From the NCBI RefSeq assembly GCF_006345805.1, contig NC_043015.1, forward strand, positions 21,762,001-21,826,000: DNA of 64,000 nucleotides, read 5' to 3'. Origin of the DNA: Octopus sinensis. Taxonomy: Eukaryota. Numbering within the stretch: the stretch's first letter is position 1; each line of letters opens with the position of its first letter. A program made the translations under genes and the position numbers. Shown piece after piece: positions 1-12,762 of the stretch. The notes beneath the pieces are model-generated. The model ran no database searches and was not told the DNA's origin. It worked only from the letters and a program-made list of their open reading frames with translations.

Positions 1-175
1 TTTGAAGTCATAGAGAAATATACATAACTGAAAAACCGCGTCCATTATACTCAGGGATCTAATTTGCCTACATATATTTATATGCAGAAAATGTTACACA
101 TACCAACATGGGCTTACGTATATAGAATTGCAAACATACAGGGAAACTATCAAACGTGTGTTTTTAAGTATAACG

Positions 176-224
<49 letters not shown>

Positions 225-226
225 CA

Positions 227-1070
227 CTAGCAGCATAGCCCGGCGTTGCCCTGGTATGTAAGAGCCCCTAGTAGGCAACGACTAATCCCAATCTAGTCCT
301 TTCCCTCTAGGGAACGAAGGCGCGTGAACAGCCCACGTAGAGTTGACCGTGGGCGAAGCACTGTTCGCCCAACTGTAACCCAGCGACTTGTAGCGTTTGG
401 CCTTGGGATTTATTGATGGACATTGCGAAGCAGAGTTTAACAGAAAACTGAGAACGCCTGAAGTGGATTGGTAGGTCAGCGCCCGACGGTTGAAGGTGCA
501 TGTGTGGAATGAAGACGTCCTCTCCCTTCCCACAACCGGTAAGTATTGTGGCCGTTATTAAATGTGGTGCCAAATGTTTCACAACCAGACGTGTGCTGTT
601 GCACTGTTTAGGTGGAACCAAATTCCTGATGAGCATAATGGGCGCACCGACTTTTAACTTCAGGATGTGTGGCGGCAGGCCAGGCGGTTCAAGTGAATTC
701 AGGAATTCAACAGGATAATCGGCAATCTCGGCGGGGTCTGCTGTCCTATCAATAGATTTGTAGACGTGGACATCACCAGGAATAGCTTCAAGTAGCTGGA
801 TATTGATGGAGTTGAGAGATAAAAAGATCGAGTTGCGTCCCCTAGACAGTCTGTGGTTTGTGTTTCTGATTCTCGACCCCATGTCGAATTTATCGATTTT
901 TTTCAGAACTGGGGAAACTTTTCAAACTTTTCGCAGCGTTAGTTTTGAATTATGACATTGGGCTATGTGTGTGTCAAGTTTCATCAGAATCGGTTGAAAG
1001 CCGTGGTCAGGGTGAGGGTAAAACCTGACAGACACACAGACAGACAAACTGCCGTTTATATATAGAGAGA
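227..1070 (-). mobile_element. Non-autonomous Helitron (internal-deletion derivative)
   Basis: The minus strand starts 5'-TC (TCTCTCTATATATAAACGGCAG) at 1070 and ends in a GC hairpin (CCAGGGCAACGCCGGG) plus CTAG at 230-227. It is inserted between A and T with no TSD and carries a PIF1-type helicase remnant. Confidence 0.9.
307..882 (-). pseudogene. Helitron Rep/helicase C-terminal fragment (PIF1-family SF1B helicase)
   Basis: ORF contains YPVEFLNSLEPPGLPPHILKLKVGAPIMLIRNL, QFSVKLCFAMSINKSQGQTL and HGQLYVGCSR, the PIF1 C-terminal motifs. Rep and N-terminal helicase motifs are absent. Confidence 0.9.
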
Positions 1071-1071
1071 T

Positions 1072-2559
1072 ATATATTACTATAATTGTCCTTAAATCCG
1101 TCTGTCCGTGACCTTTTTATGGCCAAACGACTGATCACACTTGCACGATACTTGGCAGTCTTACTAAGGGCGTCTCGAGAATGGTTTATGTCATGTTTAA
1201 AAAAATTATACGAAAGACTTGCTACACTGCTTCGATTCGTACGAAACTAAGGAAGCCATCTTCGTATACATAAATAAAAATGAATTATACGGAAATCGGC
1301 CACAGTAACAAAACAGATACAAAAACCTAAATGGCATTTACGAAAGTTCAAACAGTACTTTCATTTCTTCTTTTATTATTCTTTCTACAACGGTTCTGGA
1401 CGTTGATGGGGTGTGCGACACACAGAGTGTGTGAGAGAGACATAGAGACACACAGAGTGACATAGACACAGAGAGAAAGACAGAGAAAAACACAGACAGA
1501 CAGAAACAAAGAGAAAGACACACATTGTGTGCGTACGCGTGTGTGAGTGTGTGTGTGTGCGCGCGTGTGTGAGTGTGTGTATGTGCGCGCGTGTGTGAGT
1601 GTGTATGCGTTTTCTTTTACCCCATCAACACATTGATGGGTTGAACGAAACAGAAAGTATGTGTGAGAGAGAGAAACAGAGAAAGAGAGAGATATAGAAA
1701 GAAAGAGAGAGAGAAAAACATACTGAGAGATATATAGAGAAAAAGACAGTGTGTGTGCTTTTTTTTAGCCCCATCACCACACTTTCTCTACAACGATATC
1801 AATTTGGTACAGCACCCAGGACGAAAAAATAAATAAAAACAATTATGTTAATGATCTCATGATTAACAACTTCTGAGGAGAAAGTCGACAATATCTAATT
1901 TCGGACACTATAGTCGATGGAAATTATCACCAGTAACCACAGAATTTCCTTAACAACTTCAATCCATCATGCATAGGATCTCACTGGAAAAAGTACTGTC
2001 CTATAATGCTCCTACGAAATTTTGACCCTGCCAATGGACAACGAAAAAAGATACACCGTCATGCGACTCATTCCTCACGTTAACGACTCAGTGATAGCGA
2101 TTGGCCTCACAGTGATAAGCGCCTATTCATACCACGGTTACCACTGGTACACTCCGACAACCATTTTCTCTACCTATTACGACACAGGCAGTTTCCCATC
2201 AAACTAACCTTCTCACTCACATCTAAGAAATCTCTGGGCCAGACTTAAGATCGTGTTGGTGTGCTTTTGCCTACTCCGATGTTTACACTCGGCCAGTTGT
2301 ATGTCGCTATAAGCAGAGCAACGGACCCAGCTAATTTGAAAATTACTGTTGATCAAATACAAAGTATCGATTACAAAGAAGTTTTTTAAACGTAATAATA
2401 TTATAAATATATACTATGTAAATCTGTATATAAGTATAATCAAAACGAACCCTCATTTCTATTTTCTTAGATTTCCCAAGCCGTATTTCGGTATAAATAT
2501 ATTCATACTGTAGGTTGTTATTATTTTCCACCCTCCTTTCAGACGGGTAGGTTTGCTAG
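1072..2559 (+). mobile_element. Second Helitron family with decayed PIF1 helicase remnant (~1860-2345)
   Basis: Helitron-like 5' end (TATAATTGTCCTTAAATCCGTCTGTCCGTG). Frameshifted translation gives CPIMLLRNFDPANG...RLFIPRLPLVHSDN...RQFPIKLTFSLT..KSLGQT.DRVGVLLPTPMFTLGQLYVAISR. The 3' hairpin CCACCCTCCTTTCAGACGGGT is followed by CTAG|T at 2556-2560. Confidence 0.85.
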
Positions 2560-2724
2560 TACATATGTATCTATATACGCATATATATATTCTGGTTGGG
2601 TTTGGAAAATCATTTTTCGGCCATTTGTATTTAAAGATTGTCGATTGAAATTGGTGATTATTATACTATATATATAAAGTTATACATATGAACATACAGA
2701 CATACATACATACATACAGATATA

Positions 2725-2774
<50 letters not shown>

Positions 2775-2785
2775 CTATTATATAT

Positions 2786-2975
2786 ATATATATATAGTAA
2801 TACTAAGTAATTAAGGTGTTTAGCAACGATTTGCCTCACCACACACCGAATTTAGAAAGAGCAGTCAAAGAGTTAGGGCTATTCTTTCTACTTAAAAGGG
2901 AGATCCCACTAAAACCACAGCACTTAAAAGGCAAACAACGCAGCAAAAGAGAAAGAAATGACGACAATCATTCTA
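2786..2975 (-). repeat. Partial copy of a TA-associated terminal repeat (Penelope pLTR-like), same family as 22385-22683
   Basis: 2786-2895 is nearly identical to 22473-22575. It is flanked by (TA)n on both sides. Confidence 0.6.
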
Positions 2976-2987
2976 TATTAAGTCACC

Positions 2988-3019
<32 letters not shown>

Positions 3020-3127
3020 CTTACATACACATATATTTATATATATGTCTATGTGTGTGTGTAACAAAAATGGATGAAGACAAATTCGATCATCCCTAGG
3101 TGGAGAGTTGTAACGCAAACGACACAC

Positions 3128-3194
<67 letters not shown>

Positions 3195-3196
<2 letters not shown>

Positions 3197-4190
3197 AAGT
3201 TAGAGAAGGAAAATTCACGCAGTTTACATAGATTTAATATAGTTTTTTAAATATTTCATAAGCGTAAGTGTATTGTATTTGTCGATCGGTTTCGCATTGG
3301 CTAATCATGACATTGAAATTACTGTAATTTCGTGTTTTGTTTAGAAGATTTTAGCCATGCTCTGTGTGGAGAAGTTTGTGAACAAACGATTCAATAAGTA
3401 GAAAAATATAAGAGGAGGTAATTGGTGATCGTTAATCGGGGAGTGGATAAATGAATATATATGCAAAAACTCAAAAGCTAAAGTAATGTCATGAAATATT
3501 TAGTGATGGGTACGTGATTATAAATTAAAATATATACTGAGACCATAGTTGGTTATGCATTGATATTTACTCTTGTTCTTTACTTTTCGATGAATACATT
3601 TTTCTTTATTTCAACGTTCTAGTACAGAAATTTCTTCTTTGCACTGGTAGATCGAGAATACTGAAGTTTGGTTGGATATTACCTGCACATCTGTCAAAGT
3701 GTTCACGCAAAGGAATATGTTTGTATTGTGGAACCGGATCTGTTCCTTATGAAGCGTTGTTTTGCGTCTCAGAGACACACTTGTCTGTCCTATATAGTTA
3801 TATCCACAACCTAAACAAGTTATAATATAAAATACATTCTCGAAAGCACAAGTGAAGTTGGTTTTAATCGTGAATCACTCTACTCGTTTGAATAGGAATT
3901 CCGATTCTTTCAGTAGTTTAGGACATGTTCCACAGTTTGGGCGTCAACATTTTTTAATCGTTGTTTTCATGGTTGTTGTGTAAAACTTCACATTTGATAG
4001 AAGTCTTTTCAGCGATCTGTGTTGCTTTTTGCGTTTCATGAATGTATGGTTTTTCAGAAAGTTCGTTTGAGTGAACATATAGAGAGATGTGCAGGTAATA
4101 TCCAATCAGAAATATCTACACGCACAAAATAGACTAAAATCTTCTTAAGACAATACAGAATTACAATAATTTCAATCTCTTATATACATA
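3195..4190 (-). mobile_element. Penelope-like element 3' fragment: GIY-YIG endonuclease remnant plus pLTR
   Basis: Minus-strand 3560-3900 translates with frameshifts to TNFTCAFENVFYIITCLGCGYNYIGQTS...IPLREHFDRCAGNIQPNFSI (Cys-x2-Cys plus YIG). A hammerhead-like motif lies in the 3' repeat, and a short inverted copy of the EHxxRCAGNIQ segment lies at ~4060-4110. Confidence 0.8.
3280..3312 (-). ncRNA. Minimal type I hammerhead-ribozyme-like motif (A3-U8 core variant)
   Basis: Minus strand reads TGTC-ATGATTA-GC caat GC-GAAA-CCGA-TC-GACA: helix I TGTC/GACA, 2-bp helix II, GAAA box, near-palindromic helix III (ACCGAT), UC cleavage site. Confidence 0.6.
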
Positions 4191-4205
4191 TATATATATA
4201 TTATA

Positions 4206-4838
4206 TAAAAGGGCTTAGTAAAATAAATTACTTTGCCGCATACAGAACTCATTAGAAATAGCAGCTAAAAAACTTTTTTAAAACTATTTCTAATACTTAA
4301 AGAAAATCTCTCTCATATATAGTGTTTGCTTAATTCAACTCACAAAAGTTTGGGGGTAAGGACATCGAAAAATCAAATGCTAGGTTATTTGAGAACGTAC
4401 GTTTCAAGATTAGTCAAAAACAACACTTCTATCATCAGCTCAGAAATTCCTGAGTTTTGGATTTGGAAACACTGAAATAAGAACATACCCTTTCGAAGAT
4501 CTTGCTCGTAACTAACAGTGCCAACAATTCAAATAAGCAGCGAAGAATCTCTGCTCTCCCTTTCCACCAGCCGTGGGTTTAAAATCATCAAACACCTATG
4601 CTTTTCGGTAAAATCCGAACAAGAAGTAATCAGGGAGATTAATTATAATTTCAACAATTGAGGGCAAAATAATTTAATTATTAATCAATTTCACAAGTGT
4701 TTCAGTATGCAAAGGGACCATTCAAGGCGAATTCAAATTATTACATTTATAAAAGGGCTTAGTAAAATAAATTACTTTGCCGCATACAGAACTCATTAGA
4801 AATAGCAGCTAAAAAACTTTTTTAAAACTATTTCTAAT
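4206..4838. repeat. ~90-bp near-identical direct repeats (4206-4290 and 4749-4838) flanking ~460 bp
   Basis: ATAAAAGGGCTTAGTAAAATAAATTACTTTGCCGCATACAGAACTCATTAGAAATAGCAGCTAAAAAAC...CTATTTCTAATAC occurs twice about 543 bp apart, with TA-rich flanks. Confidence 0.85.
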
Positions 4839-4869
4839 ACTATTTCTAATATATATATATGTATGAATG

Positions 4870-5519
4870 TATTTTTATATATGTATATATTGCTTTCTTG
4901 GTCATATTGGCGATATGAGGGCGATATTTGTCGTGTAGCAGAAGAACACCGATTAGGTCTTTTCTCTTGAATAGCCGTGTTGAGTCGTTCTATTTGCTGA
5001 ACATAGAGTTCCACGTATACACACAACATCGTTTTACGCGGATGAAGATCTTGTTTCACGCGTGGTGTCGCTTGTTTACCTGGGCTAATCCATTCCTTAC
5101 GCTGATTCATATTGATGTACAGGCACCATTTTTTGTCGCCGGTAACGATTCGGTAAAGAAATCGTTGCTTTTGTCCATGGGTTGAGCGGTGACGGAAAGC
5201 AAACCAGCGGAGATTGTGGCTCGTTGATTTTTGTTGTTGTCATTTAAAACATGCAGAACCCATGCTCCATATTTCTGAACCTTTCCCATCGAGTGACGAT
5301 GCATCTCTATAGAAGTGAGGGAGCATTCCATTTTCTCCGCCAGTTCCTTTGTTTTTCTTAAATTGACATTCGATTTTTCTTAACTTGACATTATATTTTA
5401 ATGATCTGAAAATAAACAAAAAATAACTAAAATTAACTAGAAAAAAAAAGATTCGAAAATTTAAAAAGGCAATAAATTCCAAAATTAAAAGGAAACGGTG
5501 GGAACTTAGTTACAAACCA

Positions 5520-5521
<2 letters not shown>
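4870..5521 (-). mobile_element. Mariner-family transposon fragment (5' TIR plus decayed transposase)
   Basis: GKVQKYGAWVLHVL is the WVPHEL-like motif and WISPGKQATPRVKQDLHPRKTMLCV is mariner-like. A TIR-like ATTGGTTTGTAACTAAGTTCCCACCGTTT on the minus strand (5521-5493) lies next to TA. Confidence 0.85.
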
Positions 5522-5578
<57 letters not shown>

Positions 5579-5783
5579 TATACATACATACAATAAAAGG
5601 TCTTTTATATATTGTATAAGGGAAAAAAACTTGATAACGAGAATAATGATAGATGATTATTATTAAAATTGATTATTGTTAGAATTAATGATTATTAAAA
5701 TATGCACGTATTTAATATACATACCGTAGCAGGTAGAAATTTTTTCTAATTGTCCTTATGTGTAAATACATAAAATTGTAGAG

Positions 5784-5815
<32 letters not shown>

Positions 5816-5851
5816 ATAAAATACATTTTTACACACACACGCAAACATACG

Positions 5852-5913
<62 letters not shown>

Positions 5914-6078
5914 TATATACATATATAACAATTGCAGCGTAGAAGATGTTCGTAAGCCATTTAAGTATACACAATAAACCGATAGATTCACTTCAACATT
6001 TAAATTTAATTTATTCACAAAACATTTTTGTTGTTTTGAAACCGCGACCAGTTCACTGAAAACTTCGTGCTGAATTTC

Positions 6079-6110
<32 letters not shown>

Positions 6111-6499
6111 TATATATATATATATATGTACTTCCATACATATACTGAAATATATAAATATTTATATGCGTGTATCCGAGTGGGTATATATTTATATATG
6201 TATTTGTGTGTGCACCAAGTATATTAACTGATTAAGCTTACATTTAGTGCTGCCTTGCAGTGTAGGAAGTAAGAAATCACGTAACATAACATGGCTGACA
6301 ATGTGACTGACATCCGAATTGCATTACATAAGGATTTATCCAAAGCAATATTTAATGATGATACTGAACTTGGTGTTAGCAAAATATGTTCCCTGAACAT
6401 AGGATATTATTTAATTCAAACAAATGCTGGACTCATCGCGTCTGTTTCTTCTATAACAATGTCTCCATCTATCCATTCTATCAGCCGTCAAACCATCAC

Positions 6500-6720
<221 letters not shown>

Positions 6721-8211
6721 TTCTCTGTATGTATGTCTATCTGTCTATATATCTGCCTATATGGCCATGTGTCTCTCTATCCATACTTATAATTTTGTAC
6801 ACACAGACACATACATATTAACGCACAAACCAATCGAAACACACACAGAGGCACATATGCATATACATGCTTACATATATGTTTGTCTACGTCATTATTG
6901 TCTACGCAATCCGTTTATGAGTGGCTCTGAGACACGCATATGTCAACTGGGTTTATTACCCAAATCTCGTTTAACTTTTGTTACTTGCCTATCCAATCAT
7001 GTCATCACTGTGTATTTTCTGCTAGGAATATGATGAAAGAATACTAACACGACTTACGTAGATAGTGTATTCTGTTAAACAATGGCTTCGAATAGTATAT
7101 GAAGTGAAATGTCTCTGCAAAGCAAGCTTCACATGAATAAGAAATGATCTGAAAATATTATTTTGAAAGCCTTACCTAACACCGAACCTATTGTTCTACT
7201 AGACTCTCATGTGACTCCGGATTAACATATATACTTTGAATGTACTGTGTTATTTTCTAACATGTTTTCACTGAACGAACTTTTGATAGATTGTTCATTA
7301 GTTTATCATGAAAGCGTGATTCTTCTTCATGTATGTGTCTCATAAAAATCAACTGTATACCGGTTTAATTTTTTCCTACGATTAATTCCCGTATCATGAC
7401 TGACAGTAAAATATAGCTTTACTATCAAAGAAGAAGCGTTTATTTAATAACTTATGCTATATTGCCCTTCTTTCTCAGAAACGTTTCCTGTACAATCAAA
7501 TATTACAAAATTTATTCAACAAAAACAAATAGAATTTTAGTTACAACGGCATAAAATCTCGTTTATGAAAATTTCTGCAGAATTTAATTGTAGTTATTTA
7601 TCGAACTTGCTGCAGTTTATTAATGTCTTCACACAGTGTTTACGTTATATTTCATTCTGTACAATTCATAAGAAAAATGGAAATAATATAATCGATGAAA
7701 ATTGCTCATAAAAAATGTGATAAAATATTGGAGAAATATTTAGTATTATTGTGTTTTAAAGATGATTTAATTTTTCACAAGTTTTCATGTTTTTAATTAA
7801 AATACTTGAAATATATTTTTATTACTATATCGATCCCAAAATGTCAGTAAGATGCAAGTTTTCTAAAGCGAATAAAAATATTCAGAAATATTTTACTTAT
7901 TAAATAACTTTCTGAAAATTTAATGGTATAAGGCAACATATATTAGCATCATTCGACGTTAAAATTAAAATTAAAATTAATCATAAACGTACCCAAAGCT
8001 TTCTGCGAGCCACGCCCATACTCATACACTAATACTAACACGTCATGAGAAAATAAAAACTTAAAGAGAACAAGAAATAACACCCTATCAAACGGTTGGA
8101 GCGGTACGTGCAATTTTGGAAGTTTTCAATCAAAAGGTTTTTTTAATATAATATTCAGACATTATTATTGTCTATTAGTGCTGTCTCGTTTGAGTTACAA
8201 CATTCCAAAAA

Positions 8212-8214
<3 letters not shown>

Positions 8215-8252
<38 letters not shown>

Positions 8253-8271
8253 TATATATATATATATATAT

Positions 8272-8320
<49 letters not shown>

Positions 8321-8340
8321 TACACACCTATATATATATA

Positions 8341-8372
<32 letters not shown>

Positions 8373-8535
8373 ATATATATATATACATATATATATACAT
8401 ATATACATAATATATATATATATATATATATACTATATGCATATATATATATATACATATATATATAATATATATATATATGTTTTATATATTTCTGGAT
8501 ATTACATATATAATATATATAATATATATATATGG
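8215..8535. repeat. Interrupted (TA)n microsatellite
   Basis: Directly visible. Similar long (TA)n/(TG)n tracts occur near 14370, 21270, 22690, 26470, 35520, 37580, 41820, 44880 and 47150. Confidence 0.97.
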
Positions 8536-10319
8536 CTGGACGTGACAGAGGCTGGACGTGTTCTTCGCTGCTCTGACCTGTAAGCAGTTAACCCAGCAGG
8601 ACAACTGAAAAGACAACTGTAAAAATATGGAAGATCTACTGTTTTCTGTGAGTAATTTGAATTTCCCTCAAAATAAGTTAAGGAACTTACATATCTACAG
8701 TTTTGGACGTACAAACGAACACCTAACAAAAAATTTAGAAACAAAAAATCCTCAATCCCTTCTTCCTTGACTATCAGAATATGTAAAAATGCCTGTTATT
8801 GTAACAACACAATTAAATGCACGATAAAAAATTATGGAAGTAAGCACCTGCTAATATATATATATACTGCACAAATACAAAAACTATAAACCACAGCAAA
8901 ACTTTTAAAAATAAAATAAAAATTCCAAAAGAAAAAGAAATTCAGAAATCCAACAAGGTGAACCTGCTCTTCCTCCTACTGTCCCCAAAGACTGGAATAT
9001 TTACAATTCCCTGTAAATATTTTAAATCTCCCTCAAAATAAAATAAGTTAGGAAACTTACATACCTACAGCTATCGAACACAGAAACGGTCAGCTTAAAA
9101 TACCAAAAAATAAAATATTTAACATCTACAACTAATGTGCATTGCAAAAGTCTTATTGTATTCTCCAAATAGACAGACAAACGAACATCTCAAGATTACT
9201 TAAAAACTTTAATATATTAACCAAATACGTAAACACAACTTTTACAACTTTTATTGCAACAACACATTTAAATACAGAAATTTAAAAAAGTCATCGACAT
9301 GAATATCAGATAATATGTGTGTGTGTATACATATACATATATATGTGTGTGGGGGTATATATATATATATATATATATATTATTTTCCTACCATTAGTTG
9401 CAAATATAACAAGTTGAATTGCTTTTCAAGGCAGCGCTCCCAGTATCAACTGGTAGTAGTAAACAAGTTTTGACCTCTCCTGACCCAAAGGGTCCTTTGC
9501 CCTTTGTCTCTACGGCTGACCTCCCCCACCATCTGAATCTATTTATAGATTACCTCTAGCTAACCAACTACTACTCCTCCTACTACTACTACTGCTGCGG
9601 CTGTTGCTGCTGCTACAGCTACTACTACTGCTGCTGCTGCTGCTGCTAATGATGATAAATGCGGGGGTCCCTGTATGAAGATTAGTGGTTGAAAATAAAT
9701 ATATAAAACAAACATAGAAAAAAAATGAAAAATCTAATAATAATTTAACATTACTTGAAAAGGTAGTGGTAGCGAATTTCTTCACTACTTCAGGGAGTGA
9801 CGACCCTGCCTGACACGAGTTCCGGGCTCAGCTTGCTCCGCCTGACAGTACCCGGTATGGGCCCCTATCCAGGGTTACGTAAGGAGACAACCTTCAAAGA
9901 AGTCCGGACTGGAGCCCCGAAGGCGGTTTAGTGTTCGACTCGACATTCTTCCGGCAGCTCCTGCAACCAAGCTGGTGCCAAACGTAATGCTCTGCACTCC
10001 TTTGGACTACGTCAGCAAGGTCGAGAGAGGAATCCTGACGATTGGGCTACCCAGGATTTTCTTATTTCTAGCCCAGGCCTGCACAAAACTGGAGAGGACA
10101 GTTCAGTGCTGCTGTAAAAAGTGGCAGAAAAAACACGGGAGCTAACACTCACGAGTGGTAAGTCCATTCAGATTGGCGTAAGATATGGGAACTACGGGTT
10201 ACCTCAGACGGTGGGAGGGACCTCCCTGTTCTATCGGTTAGCTACTGCCCACCTCAAGCTGAGCAGCCCCTAGTTAATAAGGTGCTGACCTGCCACACGC
10301 CGCCTGCTTCATTGGTTGC

Positions 10320-10898
10320 TTGGAGCTAAGAGTTCGAATTGAAAAGCGGCCTGCAACATCTGCACCAGGCAAACAACTAAAAGACAAGAAACCACCAGTC
10401 CTGCGGTTAGCAAGCTGGAATGTCAGGATCATGTGCCCTAGAATATCTGATGATCTACTCAGGGTTAAAGACACAAGAAAAACGGCCATCATTGACCGTG
10501 AACTAAAGAGGCTCAACATAGACATTGCTGGGCTACAGGAGACAAGACTTCCCTCAAACGGCAAACTCAAAGAACAGGATTTCACCTTCTTTTGGCAGGG
10601 AAGCGATCTTGAAGAACATCGTCAACATGGCTTTGGCTTTGCAGTGATAAACTCACTACTCTCCTCAATAGAACCACCATCAGGAGGCACTGAACGTATC
10701 TTCTCACTGCACCTCTCGACTTCTTCTGGTTCAGTAAATCTAATGAGCATCTATGCTCCCACTCTCTACTGCTCAGAGGAGACCAAGGACCAGTTCTACA
10801 AAGATCTCAACTGTGTCATTAAAAATATACCAACAAATGAAAACATTTACCTTCTAGAGGATTTTAACGCTCGCGTGGGATCTGACCATGATTCATGA
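10320..10898 (+). pseudogene. RTE APE-type endonuclease domain
   Basis: LRLASWNVRIM, DIAGLQETRLP, SIYAPT and LLEDFNARVG are APE motifs. It continues as WHQLDLII...CDTDH in ORF 10932-11462. Confidence 0.9.
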
Positions 10899-11946
10899 CC
10901 CATTTCTGTTGGACACTTTGGTATTGGCAACATGAATGACAATGGTCAGAGACTACTTGAATTTTGCACATACCATAACCTGTGCATCACAAACACATTC
11001 TTTGCCAAGAAGCCATCCCACAAGGCATCTTGGAGACATCCAAAATCTCACCACTGGCATCAGCTGGATCTCATCATTACACGAAGATCCTTTCTGAATT
11101 CTGTACAACTGACCCGCAGTTACCACAGCGCGGGTTGTGACACAGATCACTCACTAATTAGGGTGAGGATTCTGCCTAAAAATGTCCATCACTCCAAGAA
11201 AATGGGCCAACCACGCATTAACACTGCTAGAACCTCGAACCGTACGCTGCGAAAATGTTTTGCTGCTTCTATCAAGGTTGCCCTCAGTAGCTGCCCAACC
11301 TCCTCTGCTGAAAGTAGGTGGAATTATATCAGGGAAGCTTTGTATACCACATTGATAGATACTTTCGGCATGAGAGAAAAGCAAAACCCAGATTGGTTCA
11401 ATGCTGGGCTCTCAGAGCTGGAACTAATTATCGAAGCAAAGCGTGCAGCTATGATGCAATAAAAGAGTGATTCTTCTACAAAGTCATTCGAAGAACTCAG
11501 AAAGGCAAGAAATAAAACCCAACAGACAGCTAGACGCTGTGCAAATAGGTATTGGCAGGAAATATGTCAGAGTATCCAGTCAGCTGCTGACAGTGGCGAC
11601 ACCCGTGAGATGTATGCCGGTTTGAAGAAGGCCCTCGGTCCATCCGCAACCAAGTCAGCCCCTCTGAAATCAACTACTGGAGATCTCATCAGGGATCAAA
11701 GCAAGCAAATGGATAGATGGGTGGAGTACTACCAGGATCTCTACTCACGGAAGACTACACCAGCTGAGGCCGCAATCGAGAGTGTCAAAATCTTGCCAGT
11801 CATGTGCGAACTTGACAGTCCGCCATCTATAGCAGAGCTCACCAAGGCTATTGACTCCCTAGCAAGCAACAAGGCTCCGGGAAAAGACGACATCCCCTCA
11901 GAGATCATCAAAACCGGCAAAACCACCATTCAGCTTCGGCACCTTC

Positions 11947-12762
11947 ATGAGCTTCTGTGTCAGTGCTGACACAGAAGAAAGTACAGTCCCTCAGGATATG
12001 CGGGATGCTAACATCATTACACTTTACAAAAACAAAGGTGACCGTTGTGATTGTAACAATTACCGTGGAATATCTCTTCTAAGCACTGTTGGAAAGACAT
12101 TTGCCCGCTTTATCCCGGCCAGGCTACAACTACTTGCTTCTCGAATTTATCCGGAATCGCAGTGTGGCCTTAGAAGAGGCAGATCAACTATTGACATGGT
12201 ATTCTCAATAAGCCAACTTCAGGAGAAGTCAAGAGAGCAGAAAATGCCATTATATATGGCCTTCATTAATCTAACAAAGGCCTTTGACTTGGTAAATAGA
12301 AAAAGCCTCTTCATCCTACTCCAAAAAATCGGATGTCCACCAAAGCTGCTGAGGATCATCAAGTCTTTCCATGATGATATGCAAGGCACCATACAGCACA
12401 ATGGTTCAACATCAGCCGCCTTCCAAAAAAAAAAAAAAACAGGGTAAAGCAAGGTTGTGTCCTTGCTCCTACATTATTTGGCATCCTTTTCTCGCTCTTG
12501 CTCTCACATGCCTTTCAGACATGATGGAGTGTTTCTTCACAGTAGAATTGACGGGAAACTGTTCAATCTCTCGCGCCTGCGTGCCAAAACCAAAATCAGA
12601 AGCGTCCTGATCAAGGAAATGCTATTTGTTGATGATACCGTTCTGGTATCACACACAGAAGAAGCCCTCCAAAGGCTCATCAACTGTTTTGAGCAAGCAT
12701 GTAACGACTTTGGCTTAGCTATCAGCCTCAAGAAGACCAACATCATGGGTCAGGCTACATAG
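11947..12762 (+). pseudogene. RTE reverse transcriptase domain (frameshifted)
   Basis: DMRDANIITLYKNKGDRCDCNNYRGISLLS, AFINLTKAFDLV and EMLFVDDTVL. A frameshift falls at a poly-A run near 12425-12439. Confidence 0.9.

Noticed and set aside
6291-6480. ORF starting MADNVTDIRIALHKDLSK
   Set aside because: About 60 unique codons run directly into (TCTA)n, and no homology is recognised.
9790-9900. HDV-like ribozyme in the RTE 5' UTR (GAG-TTCCGGG-CTC resembles P3/L3)
   Set aside because: I could not place a matching P1, a P1.1 GG, or a J4/2 catalytic C with P2. A covariance-model search would be needed.
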